From NCBI GenBank assembly GCA_951406725.2, contig OX597826.1:15190001-15254000 (forward strand): a DNA stretch of 64,000 nucleotides, read 5' to 3'. The position numbers and the translations under genes were made by a program. Positions 27,080 through 41,146 of the stretch are shown one piece after another. The stretch is from Octopus vulgaris (Eukaryota). The notes beneath the pieces are model-generated. The model did no database searches and had not been told where the DNA came from. It worked only from the letters and a program-made list of their open reading frames with translations. Within the stretch, counting starts at the first letter, position 1. The number at the start of each line of letters is the position of its first letter.

Positions 27080-28560
27080 TCCTTACGTTCCAACCTCTGC
27101 CATAATTCGGCAGTCACAACTATTGCTGCGATACATTGGATGTGGCTCTTTAGAAAGAATGGATGACTGCAAGATGTAACCCTGAGGTGTGCAAACGTGT
27201 ATGTGTATATGTGAAAAAATGATATGTGTGAGTGTGTACGTGCTTATGTGTGAATGGAGGTGCATGAGTCTGATGTGTGTGCGTGTGTCTAACGTGTGTA
27301 TGTGTGTTGTGTGTTGCAGATGATGTATGCTTTTTCAAGTGGTGTGTGCACATGTGTATATGTGTGTGAGTGTGTCACCAAATAGTGAGCATGTGTATAA
27401 TGTATGTTTGTGGGCGAAAGTTATCTTTTTCTATGCGTGTGTTTATGCATGACGTGTGTGTGTATATTGTCTGTGTTCAAGTATTATGCGCTTGTGTGGG
27501 TGTGGAAGTGTGCATGATGGTGTATGGTGTGTGTACTGAGCCAAACAGTGTGTGTATGGCTGTTCTTATAATGGTATAATGGTACAGTGGTATGTGTGTT
27601 GACGCTATTGATGATTGTGTGTGTTTGCGGGTGTTTGGATAATGGTGTGTGGTGTGGATGCTGAGAAGTGGTCACTGCTGGTATGTGTGGAGTGGGAAGG
27701 TCTTCTAGGTGTATTTGTAATGGTGTGTAAAGAGAGTAATGAATTGAACAATGTGTATGAGTGTTTGTATAGTGGTGCGTGTGTGGTAAAAGTACTGAGG
27801 TGGGAAGTATTCAGGGTTGTAGGTGGAGGGGATTGCTGAATGTGGGAAGTGTGTGAGAATCCATGTGGGATTGGTGTCAGATGAAGAGAGGAGGAGAGTT
27901 GAACCCGTATGGCGCAAAGTAACAAAGAGAGAAGATTAATTCCTGCTCACGGTGAAGGCGGAAGTCTGGGTGGCCCCTGTGCAAAAAAAAGTCCGAACAC
28001 AGACAAATCTTGTAGCGAATGTCCGGTAGAACGAAAATGGTGCGAGCGAGACGTCTCAGATATATTCCGCGAACCGGTCAGTCAAGCGGCGTCCCGTTTG
28101 ACCAATGTACAGGGAAGGACAGAGTAAGAGATGCAGTAATTAACATTACTAGAGGTGCAGGTAAAGGAGTCAGTAACGTGATATGGACGGGGATGAATGC
28201 CTGTGAGGACGTTGGTATTGGGTAGGTGTGACAGCGTGGGCGGGAGCAGGGGAAGGAGTCAGGCTGGGAGGCGGGGATAGGTAAGAAACTGTTGACCAGG
28301 AGGTTACGCCGGTTATGGGCTCATTTGAAGGAGGGAAGGAGTAGGTAAGGGAAAATGTGCGAGGTGGAGTTGTTGAACTGGAGTCACCGGAAGACTCGGA
28401 GAATGGTGCGTTGGAGGGGTAGTGTGGAGGAGTAGTAGTAGAGGGGAAACACGAAACGGGTATGGGTGGGGCGGGTGTGAGGAGAACGAGCAGGGCCATG
28501 CTCCACAGGTCATACCCAGGCAAGGACACTATGGATAATGGTGAGGAGATATCCACGTAG
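27080..28560 (-). mobile_element. Penelope-like element 3' remnant (GIY-YIG endonuclease plus CA-rich tail)
   Basis: Minus strand reads LCPSLYIGQTGRRLTDRFAE...REQELIFSL with stops and frameshifts, followed by low-complexity CA-rich sequence. Confidence 0.75.
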
Positions 28561-29129
28561 GATAAAGTGGCGAGTCATGAGTTGAGATTGAGTTTCAAAA
28601 TCATGGTCATCGCACACACACACACACACGAATAAGTACCTTGTTGAAATGCAGCGGTCGTAAGGTGTAATTGAAGTAAGACATAGAACTGCCGAAAATT
28701 CAAAATTATTTTAAAATCTCTAGGACAGAAATCTGAAAATTGATCAATAATGAAATTATTATTCTCTGCGCAAAATGTAACAACCGTTATACTCGAGAGG
28801 CATGTTACAAAATATCTCTGATAAAGCTGAAAAGAATCGTTTCAGTCCGGGATACCAACATTTCCCAAAATAGTTCTATAATAATGATGGAAAATATATC
28901 CATGACATGCCCCCCCCCCAATGGAGCAAGAGTGCAGCTATTCAAAAGTTAATAGCACAGAAATTCACAGAACAGATGAATATGTTTACTGTAAGAGACC
29001 CTGCGGCTATATATATATATAGCTTGAATATATATTATACATACGTGATACATATGATATAGTGATAATGAAACATTTTTTAATGTTATTTTTGGAAACA
29101 TTAGAAAGCAGTACTATTATAGCATAGAA

Positions 29130-29181
29130 ACAACTACTACTGCTACAACTACTACTACTACTGCTACAACAACAACTACTA

Positions 29182-29218
<37 letters not shown>

Positions 29219-29247
29219 AACTACTACTACTACAACTACTACTACTG

Positions 29248-29291
<44 letters not shown>

Positions 29292-29372
29292 GCTGCTACT
29301 ACTACTGCTGCTAATACTCTACTACTATTACTACTACTGTTGCTGCTGCTGTAACTCTACTGCTACTACTAT

Positions 29373-29412
<40 letters not shown>

Positions 29413-29502
29413 GCTACAACTACTACTACTACTACTACTACTACTGCTACTACTATTACTACTACTACTACTACTACTGCTGCTACAACAACAACAACAA
29501 CA

Positions 29503-29547
<45 letters not shown>

Positions 29548-29600
29548 GCCTCTACCGCCGCTGCTGCTACTGCTACTACTACTGCTGCTGGTACTACTAC
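29130..29600. repeat. (CTA/CTG/CAA)n trinucleotide repeat
   Basis: Direct reading. Confidence 0.95.
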
Positions 29601-29889
29601 GAACTTTGAAAATATTTCGTTGATAATAAAATACTAATAGAAAACAATGAATTTTGTACTGCAATTGATGCACATTCTCTGATGGCAACGAAAATGGCGG
29701 TTAGAAATTGAAGAGGCATGACGATCCATTACTGATGTCTGTGAAATCTGTTATTCACAGAGAAAATTTAATTGTCAAAAGATGTTTCACCTGTTCTAAC
29801 AAAGCTATAGAATTCAAAACTATCATGTTTAGTACGAAACTTGAGCGTCTCTTTAAAGAGATTTATAGCGATAAAAACGCAGGCCATCC

Positions 29890-30460
29890 ATATAAAATTA
29901 TTAAAAGGATCAAAAACCGAAAGTCCTCGCCGAGCCATTGGCTCATAAGGACGCTTTCCCGGATTTCCTGTCGTGTATATATCTCTCCACTTCGTAAAGA
30001 CTAAACGTGCTTATACTGCCTCCTTCATAAGCTCGTCTTCCTAGCGTTCGTAATAATTTTTCTATCGTCTTTGCTTAACAGCCCTCACTGTTTGTTTTTA
30101 CTGTTTTGTTCGCATTGTTCTGTTTTCTACTGTTTTTACTGTTTTTATTGTTTTACGGTTTTGTTCTCACTGCCCTGTTCTTGTTACCACTTTCACCCTC
30201 CGCAAAAAATCCCAAATTTTATTTAAATTACTTTGCGGGAAGGATTGTTTCAACGAAGTCGCGTCTTGTCCTTGCCTTCGAAACGCGGAGTAGTTGAAAC
30301 AGGGACAACTGAAGAAGGGGAATATTCTTTATGTTGTATGTCTTGTTTCTCTGTTTGTTTTTTCCGTTGTTCGAAAAAAGTTCGTTTCTATGTTTTTGTT
30401 TTTATGTTTTCGTTTCTCATTGTGTTCAACGTTTTTTTGATGTCCTGTACCCATATATGC
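29890..30460 (+). repeat. Interspersed repeat with T-rich segments and a hammerhead-like motif
   Basis: Distinct composition ending at a microsatellite; contains GAAAC...GTA...CTGAAGA at 30275-30320. Confidence 0.4.
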
Positions 30461-30599
30461 ATGTATATATACATATATATGTAGGTATGTACATATATGT
30501 ATGTATATATACATATATTTATATATTATTTATATTATTATATATCTCATCACCCGGATGTGTCACCGTCCATCGTATTATTGTTCATATTTACCAGTT

Positions 30600-30878
30600 A
30601 CCAGCATCGCCCTACAGGCACCTGTGCCGGTGGCATGTGCAAAAGATTTGAGCGAGGTCGTTGTCAGTACCTCCTAACTGGCCCCGTGCCGGTGGCACGT
30701 AAAAGCACCCACTATACTCTCGGAGTGGTTGGCGTTAGGAAGGGCATCCAGCTGTAGAAACTCTGGCAGATCAAGATTGAAGCCTGGTGTAGCCATCTGG
30801 CTCGCCAGCCCTCAGTCATTCCTCCAACCCATGCTAGCATGGAAAGCGGACGTTAAACGATGATGATGATGATGACGA
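30600..30878 (+). mobile_element. 3' part of a retroposon with an RTE-associated motif and (GAT)n tail
   Basis: GTTGGCGTTAGGAAGGGCATCCAGCTGTAGAAAC motif; ends CGTTAAACGATGATGATGAT. Confidence 0.65.
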
Positions 30879-32274
30879 CCAGTTGAGCTGACTGGATCAA
30901 GTTAAAGGAAGTGTTCTGCTTAACAAGCAACGCAACGCCCGGTCCAGGAATCGAATCCACAATCCTTCAATCATGAATGGAACACATTAATAAGTCACGT
31001 GACTTCACATAGATTATTATTACATCACACTGGTCTAAGGTGATTATCAAGAGGTAATTGGCTGAAAAGATACCCAGGCTATTCTCGGCGATATTCCCAG
31101 GCTATTCTCCTTGGTGTCTGATATTTTCAGTGACATTTTACAGGAAAATCTGAAACCGCATTTGAGGGCAAATCTTTTCTGAGTTATTTGGCACAGATCT
31201 TCTGAATAAGTAACTTTAAGAATTAACTATGTTTCTTGTTGATTGAAAGATGAAGATTTGTGACTCCATAACATTTCTGGAATTATGTCAAAATAATATT
31301 TTTACAATAAAATAAACCCAGTTATATTGGCTAAATAAAGTAAGTGATTATGAATCTATTTGTCATTATCGGTTCTGTTCAAACTACTGGTCAGCGATTT
31401 GAATTTCAGATTTTCTGACTTAAAGGAAATGAAATTTGCATTTTGGCTAAATTAATTATTAGTAGAGGATTTATTTGAATTGGTAATATGGTACTGAGGA
31501 AATGTCTGAAATATGAAATGATGTAGTTATTAAAAGTATATTTTAAAAGAAGCCATAGCGTGGTTCTGTGATGCGAGCAAGGCTAATACACACTTTTTTG
31601 AAGAGAGGGAGAGAGAGAGAGAGAGAGGGAGAGAGAGAGGGAGTGAGGGAGAGAGAGCGAGAGAGAGATATATATATAGAGAGAGCAACTGTTGCTATTT
31701 CTACCTCCTTTATTTAATGGAATGTGATTTTAGTGCAGTGAATTAATTGAGAAAAAAGAAAGGGAATGGGCATCGCAAAACGAGGTGACAGAATACCGAA
31801 GATAACTAAGTTAATATAACGGATCAATAGTTTTTTATAATAAACATCAAACACAAAGGTCTATGAAACTCGAGTTGATCAAACTTTGTGTTTGTATCTT
31901 TTTCTTTTAAAATATAGTGAATTTAAAGTGATACAATTTATTCGATATTTTTTTTTATATTTTAAAATTTTAACTTTTAACTGAAGTTTTATTTCAAAGA
32001 AATAATTTAGCTTTAGTCTACTTTTTTTACTCATATTTAATGGAATTCATATTGAACATACTCATAGTATTGAAACTTAAAATTATAGCATACTGATCGC
32101 AAATTTGTACTTATATGATTTGATGGGTTGGGGAGAGGCTGTCACATTTTGCAAATGTAAGTATACAGTATGGTGCAAAGAGGTTGAAAATCACTGATTT
32201 TTCTCTAAATTTACCGAGCAAAAATTTTACGAATCTTTCCAATTTCAACAATTATTTTTAGTTGTTATACTCAC

Positions 32275-32546
32275 CTGCTTTCAAGTTCATGAAGTTTTCC
32301 TGTATCACTGAGATTTAGAATAACCATTGATAAATCTTCTCGGTAAGTAGCTCCTGGTGGGACGGCAATACCAAAACCTTTCGGATCAAAACGGGGTCCG
32401 ATCTCTGTTAATTCACAATCTTCAATCGATTTGTATCTACTCACTGTTGTATCCCAGAAGAACGCATAGTTACCTTCCTTAACCTTTAGAAAGCCTTCAG
32501 TTGTTGTGGAAACCATTGATTCAGGATCAAGTTCTGCCATTTGAAC
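32275..32546 (-). CDS. iGluR exon, S2
   Basis: VQMAELDPES...EGNYAFFWDTTV...CELTEIG...KGFGIAVPPG...GKLHELES; tttcAG acceptor, AG|GTGAGT donor; 272 nt phase 0/2. Confidence 0.95.
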
Positions 32547-33766
32547 CTGAAATGATAACCAGCGATTAAACGACAGTTCAACTAAAATTATTTAATGGAT
32601 TTAAGAGATAACATCAAAATATTAGGATATCACAATATATTGTGTTGTGAAGATACTCAATTCGCAAAGCCCTTGGTTGGCGATTCGATCATACTGCTCG
32701 GGTAAGTGTTTTCTACTATATCCTCCAGTTGACCATTACATTGTAAGTGAAATAAGTGCGCTCGGACACACTCAAAAATATATGCATAGATGGGCGAAAG
32801 ATATCTAAGTGCCTATTCGTACCCATTGAAAAGTTAAGTATCTGATAAGAAGACCAATTTGTAGAAGCTATAAAATTATTTTAGAGTAAGCCTAATTATT
32901 CGTCTTCGATCAACTGAAGAACTACGTTATAGCTGCAGTTCTAATTACAAGGAAGAACCGCATTAGTTAAATTCGCATTGCAGACATAAACTAGAATGTT
33001 CTGAATAACTTGTCGACTTCTATCTCATCTCAACTTTAATAGCATGTCTCTCTCGCCTTTCTCTCTCTTGCGATAACAACGAAAGATAATGACGTCCTCC
33101 TAGAGAAATATTCTCATTATATAACTTTCTTGTGTGTCTATCACTTTCTGGGAAGTTAATAAACCTATTTAATGTAATATTACAATTAAGAGGCTCTAGA
33201 TTCTTGACCACGTCATAATTATAAGATCCAAATAGATCGAAATAGCAGATATATAGAAATGTAAAGGACTTTATGATTAGAAGAAAAACTAAAGGAAGAA
33301 AGATTAATAAAACAAATATAAATGCTTAAAATATATTCTATTACTTTTACTTACGATAAAATAAAATTAATATGGATTAATGGGAGTTGATTCTATCTCA
33401 CGCCATACTGATGAACAGCTGAACGATTGAGAGATTACATAAATATATTTTTTACGCAGTAAAATGATTTTCCTATGAATATGTCATATGAATTCAATCT
33501 GGTTCAGTGTAATGCAGCTCTGTGACATTTATTTATTATAAATCTAATATAATTCATAGGTATCACTAAATTAGATAGTTCTGAAGAATGAAAAATATGA
33601 CGCTCTAGAAAGGGCATTTCAGTGACGTGGTATTCTATTACCCCGGTTAGCGGGACAAAAATTATTCTTTGTACAACGTGCCCCATTTATAAATAGATCC
33701 ACTTGCCATGACTCACCGTGACCCGTTGGGTCAAAACCACTTCGAGTTGAAAATGTCGATGCGCAG

Positions 33767-33919
33767 CGGATGACTTATGGCATTCTATTCGACTTTTTAA
33801 GACCCTTGCAATTTGCTATCATCAGTTTTGTAACAGATGGTTCTTGCCTCTCTTTTTGCCTTTGTACTGAAGTCTTCCTTGTCACCAGGTCAGTCCCAAA
33901 TGATCAGTACTGTAATCAA
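33767..33919. repeat. Dispersed repeat; inverted copy at 39724-39895
   Basis: Reverse-complement blocks such as cctttgtactgaagtcttcctt / aaggaagacttcagtacaaagg. Confidence 0.8.
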
Positions 33920-34299
33920 AATTGGATTTTCTTTTGAAGAGACCCACATATACTGGGATTTTCTTTTGAGAGAGATGCAGAGAGAGTCAAGAGATGATAT
34001 CTAAAGATGCTGAATATAGAAAATACTTTGTAGTTCTCAAATAATTTGTTTGAACTTAAACTCTGAAATCTTTACTGTGGAATAAGTTAATAAGGTAATA
34101 GGGACTAAGTGGCTAGAAAAGAAACTCAGGCAAGCAGACTAAATATCATCAGCTTTTGTCTTCCTCTATTTACATATATATGTATGTATATTTTATATAT
34201 CTGGCCCAATCAGTTCTAGTTGCCTGCTTGCATCATTCTCTCTCTCTCCCACTCTCTCTATACCATGTTGAACCGTTATTCCTAACACATTTTTCTCTC

Positions 34300-35520
34300 T
34301 AACTTTGTTTTTCGTTCTCTATTTTTTTCCATTTCAACCCTTTCTGTTAAAGAGCGTAGGCTCGAAACGTCAAAGACTTTTCCATTCTTTCCGAGCGTTA
34401 AACCTATACACTTGTTTTTCCTTCACCTAACTCTTTTCTCCCTTGTGCTCGGACTGTCTCTTTACAGGGGCCACCCGGATACTTACCTTCATCGTGAACA
34501 AGAATGAATCTTCTCCCTTCATTCCTTTGTTCCTTACGGACTCAAATTCGCCACCTCTGTTCGTCTAACACAACCCTACACAAATTCCCATACACTTCTC
34601 ACATTCAACTCCCCTCCCCTCCCCTCCACACCACCTACCTCGGTATCCTCATCACTGTTCAACCATACACACTGCTCAACTTAGCACTCATGTCACACAT
34701 CATTACGCAACACCCCCGCACACCTTCCCACTCCACATCCTCTAGCACCCAACACCTCTCACCTCTCACACTACGCACCTTGATCCATACACCCACACAC
34801 ACACCATTATGCACACTCTCACACTCACACACAATCACATACACATACATTCACACTCGTCTTCCCACACCATATGCGCATGTGTTTGTATATGCACACA
34901 CACATATACACACACATGCGCACACAGAACACCCTGACAAATTGCACACATACACACACATAAACAACACCAGGACAATCATAACAACACAAGCATACTC
35001 AGACAGAGACACGCACACACTCATGTACACACACACTAGTGTACACAAACACTCACGTTCACACATAGCATCCCCACCAACACAAAAAACACAAACATAC
35101 ACACGGACCCACAGACGCACACATACACACACACAAAGAAACACATACACACACATGTGCACACACAACACCCTAACAAATAGTAATTACACACATACAC
35201 AGACACAGAGAAACGTGCACACATATACACACACCATCCTACCCAATATTAAACACACACAGACCCATTTACATACACCGCAATAAACTCTGGGACCAAT
35301 CAAAAGCCCCCCCCACAAACACAAACACATGTATATACACACACATAGACGTGCACAGTGACACACACACACCATTCTGACCTCTAAGACCAGTCCCCAA
35401 AACCACTGAATCAAGAAAGACTAGCCCAGGGACAAAAAAATCCTTTTGATTCCAAATTGCTCTTTCTTCCCCCCACCCCAACCAAATTCCCACACTGTCC
35501 CTTAAAATAGCAAACAATCC
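34300..35520 (+). mobile_element. Penelope-like 3' remnant, same family as 27080-28560, opposite orientation
   Basis: acaggggccacccgga...cttcatcgtgaacaagaatgaatcttctc matches the reverse complement of 27930-27981; CA-rich tail; hammerhead-like motif at the 5' end. Confidence 0.7.
34340..34375 (+). ncRNA. Degenerate minimal hammerhead motif, bulged-A type
   Basis: CTTT CTGTTAA A GAGC-gtag-GCTC GAAAC GTC AAAG; same repeat family as 26257; directly precedes a Penelope 3' fragment. Confidence 0.45.
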
Positions 35521-35904
35521 TTAGCTACACACAAAATAAAAAATGCTAGGAAAACAGGTTGGTTCCTCTCAAATTCTTTGTAAACTCTTAAATATATCTC
35601 TTTCTGTGTATATATATACTACCAAACAAACATGATTTTTATTGAACTCTTAATAATTTTTGTAGAATATTTTCTTAAATACTTTCTTGTAAATAAATCA
35701 TAGAATGTATATATGCGTTTTAATGCTTTTGTGACAACCATTACTTAAGGCAACAAAGCTTATACAAAGCTTTACATTTTACTTTTGACAATCTTTTTCT
35801 GAAAAAGTGAAGCCGGCCAAGTGAATAAACATCTTTAAAATTGCATTTTCAAACCTTCTTTCATATATATTTCCATTCGTGCGGTACCTTACAACTTCAC
35901 TTTG

Positions 35905-36015
<111 letters not shown>

Positions 36016-36023
36016 GTCACATA

Positions 36024-36400
36024 CTTAATATACGTGCTTTGTCTAAACGCTTCCGGCTGCAGTATCTCGCCCATAGAAAGTCCTTTAAGACATAGAGTGC
36101 TAACAAAAATTGTACACCTCAAAACTATTCGAAAGGAATAGTCCCATAGGTGAATGAAAATAGTTTAACAGATAAATTTTATGCTATTTGAATATTCCAC
36201 GGACAAGCGTTTTGAATTCGTTTTGAGGGTAACTCGACTATAAGGTACCGATAATCGGAAATAGCAGCGAGATATCGATATCTGCTGTTTTCTTTCATCA
36301 ACAGGGTGATTAATTTCGTTTAGTTTTCAGGCATTGAGTGCTTCATAACACCAGGAAATGCCGCAAGTTGGAAGCGTTTAAACAAAGCCCATACATTAAG
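36024..36400. mobile_element. MITE-like element with diverged TIRs
   Basis: gctttgtctaaacgcttcc / ggaagcgtttaaacaaagc plus flanking cttaat / attaag. Confidence 0.5.
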
Positions 36401-37040
36401 CAAAGGACATCAAATATTGTTACATTATAAGAGCTGCTTCTAACTAAACATTTTATGTATGCGTGTGGAGGGATGCATGTGTGTCTGTGTGAATATACAT
36501 GTGCACAATCATATATATGCAGAGGTATGTATGGGTCTCTGTATACTGCTTATAATCCTGCAGTGGCACATATTTATTCAGGGTGGATGGGTGGCTAAGA
36601 AAATTGCTTTGCTGGTGTGCTTTGTTTCGATACCATTGCGTGACGTTAAGAAAGAATCTTCTAAATGAAATTAGAAGGATTCTGTGTAGAAGACCTTCGG
36701 ATGGGTTAATAACTGTAATTCATGAGGCTTAATTGATCCCATACTGCGTCAAAGTGATTCGGTTAGAAGACAAAGCCGAGAGCAAACCCATCTGTCATTT
36801 ACACGTTAATAATTTCAAAAGACAATATTCACCTATTCACAGATAAATGCTATTTTTAGAAAGCGAAAGAGGATCCATCGTCATCATAGTACACGTGAAC
36901 GCACTCCCACCCCCACACCTACACCACCACGCCTACACATTTACAAAGAGTATTAGAATGCACGTGTTTGACCAGGTTTTCAAACATGTTACACGGGTAA
37001 ATTGCCACTCATCAGACATGCATATTATGCGTACGTGCAA

Positions 37041-37101
<61 letters not shown>

Positions 37102-37349
37102 CCACACACAAACGCACACAAATACATATACATATAATATAGGCGGAGCTGAAAATATAAACGAAGGCAAAGCTGTCTGGTAAGACAATTGTCTACCATC
37201 TACATTGCTCTGGGTTTATTTCCAATGTGTTGTTCTTTTAAGAAGTTCTTTATCAATCATAAGCCCGAGCTGACAATTGGCTTGTAAGTAATTTTGGTTA
37301 ATGGAAGCTGAAAGAAGCTGATCGTGTGTATGTGTGAATGTGTGTGGAT

Positions 37350-38890
37350 TTTGCTGTAGAGAAATGCATTGAGATGATCTGTGAGAGTAAAGTAGAGTTC
37401 CGTCGTGAAGTCAACACGCGTGAACTGGGCCTCCTTAGACTAAGCTACGACAGTGACTACTTAGACGACCATGACCTCAGAAGATTCTGCCCCACCAGGT
37501 CACAGAGGGGAAGACCACACACCATCACCTCAGCAGAGTGCTGGAGTGGCAGAACCGTACCGACCCAAGACCCTGAGAATAACAATCAAGTGAAAAGAAT
37601 GATTGCACATGCATTAGGGGCTAGTGTAAGAACCATAATGAAGAACCACATAGTAAAGTTTAACAAGAATCTATACACGCAAGTTCAAGGTGCAGCCATT
37701 GGTGTCGGTGTAGCTGGAGATGTGGCCAGCCTTTTTATGACCTGGTGGGACAGAAACTTAAGCAACCCTTAGCAGAACAGTTCACAACTCTTCTACTTTA
37801 CAGTAGGTATATAGATGACATTAGTATCATAGTTAAGACCAAATCTAGTAAGAGTAATGTAGAAACTGAGAGGAATATAATGGAGAACATCCAGTAAGTA
37901 GCTAACTCCATCCACCAAAGTATCAAGGTAACTATAGATATCCCCAATAGGCACCCTAAAAATAGACACCCCACCCTTGATACTGAACTTTGGTTAGAGA
38001 CTGTGACTAACAGAGTGCAGCTCCTCCACTCCTATTACATGAAACCCATAGCTTCGAAATATGTTGTTCACAAGAACTCAACTTTGTCACACAACACAAA
38101 AATTAACATACTGATAGCAGACTTAGGATAATGAACAACGTGTCCCCACTATGCAAACCCAATGAAACGAAGGAACAAGTGCAGAATTTCATGCACCGCA
38201 TGCAAATCTCTGGATATCATCAGAAAGAGGTGCTTAAAAGAAGTTAGATAACATTATATGTAATGATACCAGTGGTACTTGCCCTAGATATCGAAGCAAA
38301 GACTGGAATAGGATACAAAGAGCTCGTGACAAAACAAACAGGGTGAACACGTGGTATAAAACCGGCAAATATCAAGGAGTGATGTTTATAGAGGCCACAG
38401 CCCATGGGGAACTCGCCCGTAGATTTAGGAAAGATCTGAAGGAGACCAAACTCAACATTAAGATTGTTGAAAATACAGAGAACTCCATCAGATCACAACC
38501 ATGTAGGACGTACCCCTTTGAGAATAACATATGTACCAATGATAACTGCATGGTATGTAGGATTAGCCATGGCATTAACTGTAGAACTCGAAATGTAGTC
38601 TACAGCATAAGATGCATAGAATTTGCTTGTAAAGACATGAACATGACATACACAGGGGAGACGTCTAGGAGCATTGCGGAAAGAGTAAATGACATTTGAG
38701 ACAATATGACGACTAAAAAAAACCGTCCTCCGTACTCTACCATCATGTTAGGAACCGATATGGAGGCAACCTGGGTCAATTTGACATCAGCATTTTATCC
38801 AAACACCCATAGGACCCAACACTCAGACAAATACAGGAGCACGTCCTCATAAATGAAGCATTCCCAGTACTAAATAAGAAATATATGTAT
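37350..38890 (+). mobile_element. Penelope-like retroelement pseudogene (RT plus GIY-YIG)
   Basis: NHIVKFNKNLYTQVQGAAIG, RYIDDI, and CRTRNVVYSIRC...YTGETSRSIAER; multiple stops and frameshifts. Confidence 0.85.
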
Positions 38891-40717
38891 TAGAACGCCA
38901 CACCCCCATACCCACAGTTTATATTTTATACAGGTAGAATAGTTAGTGAGCTGTTATGCAGTTAGAGGTATGTATGTGTGTGTGCGCGTGTATTTGTGTG
39001 CAAATGTATGTGGGCATATAGATATATGAAAGTAAACAGATAGACTTGCAGATGGATAGGTACATAGGTTATATGAACGGACAAGTAAACATACACTCAC
39101 ATACACAAATTAAGACTGAAACACCTGACCATATACACACACACTTCACTTCACACAAAGACACATATGGAGATACACATTCATACATACAGACACAGTA
39201 CATAGTCACAACCCCCTCCCCCACACAGACACTCTCAGACATGCACACACAAGAAGACAGGGGTACACACACATGCAAGCACACATACACATAGAAAAAA
39301 CACAAAAACACATCAATATGCAGAATGCATACATACAAACGTACACACGCTTACAAATATACATACGCACATACACATACATATATGCATACACACACTT
39401 ACATGCATGCAAGCATGCATACATCCATACATACATACATATATACATACATACATACATACATACATACATACATACATACATGCACAGACACACACTG
39501 ACCCATGCACATGTGCACAAATAAACAAAAAGAACGCAGCTTAAATAAGGGACAGAGTCAACAATTACTGAAACGTTTGCAAGACGCAACGAAAATTTAG
39601 AAAAATAAATAAGTAAATGAGGGGAAATTTTACCGGTGAGTGTGTTAAATTATAAGGCACTAAAAGAGAATGACTCTCCCCAGACACAAAAGTATATGTG
39701 GGTCTTTTTTAAAAAATCCTTTCTTGATTACAGGACTAGTAATTTGGGATTGACCTGGTGACAAGGAAGGAAGACTTCAGTACAAAGGAAAAAAAAAGAC
39801 TTGTCTTACCTTTGTCAGGAACCGTCTGTTACTAAACAGATGATGGCGAATTGCAAGGGCCTTAAAATGTCGAATAGAATGCCTTAAGTTATCCGTTCTC
39901 TCTGCGTCACATGTCTAACTCCCATGGAAGCCAACTTACTCGTCATAATTTATCACTGGAATTGTTAGAACGTCGGAGTTGAAACCCTACGTAGGTACAG
40001 ATGTCTAGGGTTAATCATTCGACAATAGGAGCACACCACCAAACCGGCACTTAGGGTTAAAATTTAAAATTAAAACCTCTATAGATAATCTGACAACGGA
40101 ATACTGAGGCTTTCCTCCAGTAGTGGATTTAAAATAGCTAAATGCTTGCTAAATATCTTGGTAAAATTGGGACAATGCCCATAAAATTAGGAGTCCTCTT
40201 GTCTGGTGAGGTTGACACAGTTCATTATCAGTCTACCCATCTTTAAATCGATGTCGGCGAGAGGTTGATGGGAATAAAGAAACCAGGGGTGAGGGTAGTG
40301 AGTGTTTCTGGTTCGAATAATGCTTGCATCAGAATAAATAGTCAAAGGGCAGGTGGTGGTGTTAAGCAGTGGTGTATTAGGTCACTCTTCTTCAGTCTCT
40401 TGTCTTCATCTTTACCTTTGATCTTCTTAATTTTTTGTGTTTTTGCTTTTCTATTATTGTTTGCATTGTTGGCGTCATGGCTGTTGTTCATTTTATTATC
40501 ATTACTACAACAGCCACGACAACCTCCCCCCACCGCACTACCGCCACCACCACAACCGCCACCACCACTATCATCACTGCTATTGCTGCTGAAGAATCGT
40601 GATCTTATTTTTCCAATACAAGTGTCGATGCTAATCGATAATTAAATATTTCATTTCCAAATTCTCTTTCATTCTTTAACACACACAGCACTACCAACAC
40701 TACCTGTACATCACTTC

Positions 40718-40810
40718 CCGTACCGACTCCACCACAACCTTCAACACCGACACAGCATCGCTACCACTACACAACATGATGTCTCAACATCAACCTCGCT
40801 ACCGACACCA
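40718..40810 (+). repeat. About 90-bp direct duplication; second copy at 42601-42693
   Basis: taccgac.ccaccacaac.ttca.caccga.acag.atc.ctaccactacacaa is shared. Confidence 0.7.
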
Positions 40811-41146
40811 AATCCACATCACCATTACTATCAACGAACGTCTACCATAACCTCACTACCTTTACACACCACCATAAACTCTCTGTATTACCATCACCGT
40901 CACCGTCACCGTCACCTTTATTACAACAAAACTACAATAAAATCTCTTCATTATTATCAACATCACTATACAACACCATAAAAACCTCTGCATCCCCATC
41001 ACTGACTGCACAGTCTAGAAAACGTTCATATTATTATCAGGAAGACAATCACAACGTACCACCATAAATATTTATCCACCAAAATAACCTGAATTTCACT
41101 CTCCATCATCAAGACTCCACATCGAGCCATAGAGATAACTGTATGT

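Noticed and set aside
33785-33830. Minus-strand CTGATGA in the inverted pair
   Set aside because: Followed by GAAT rather than GAAA, and no stem I partner.
34504-35286. 260-aa His/Thr-rich ORF
   Set aside because: CA-rich low-complexity tail of a Penelope-like remnant.
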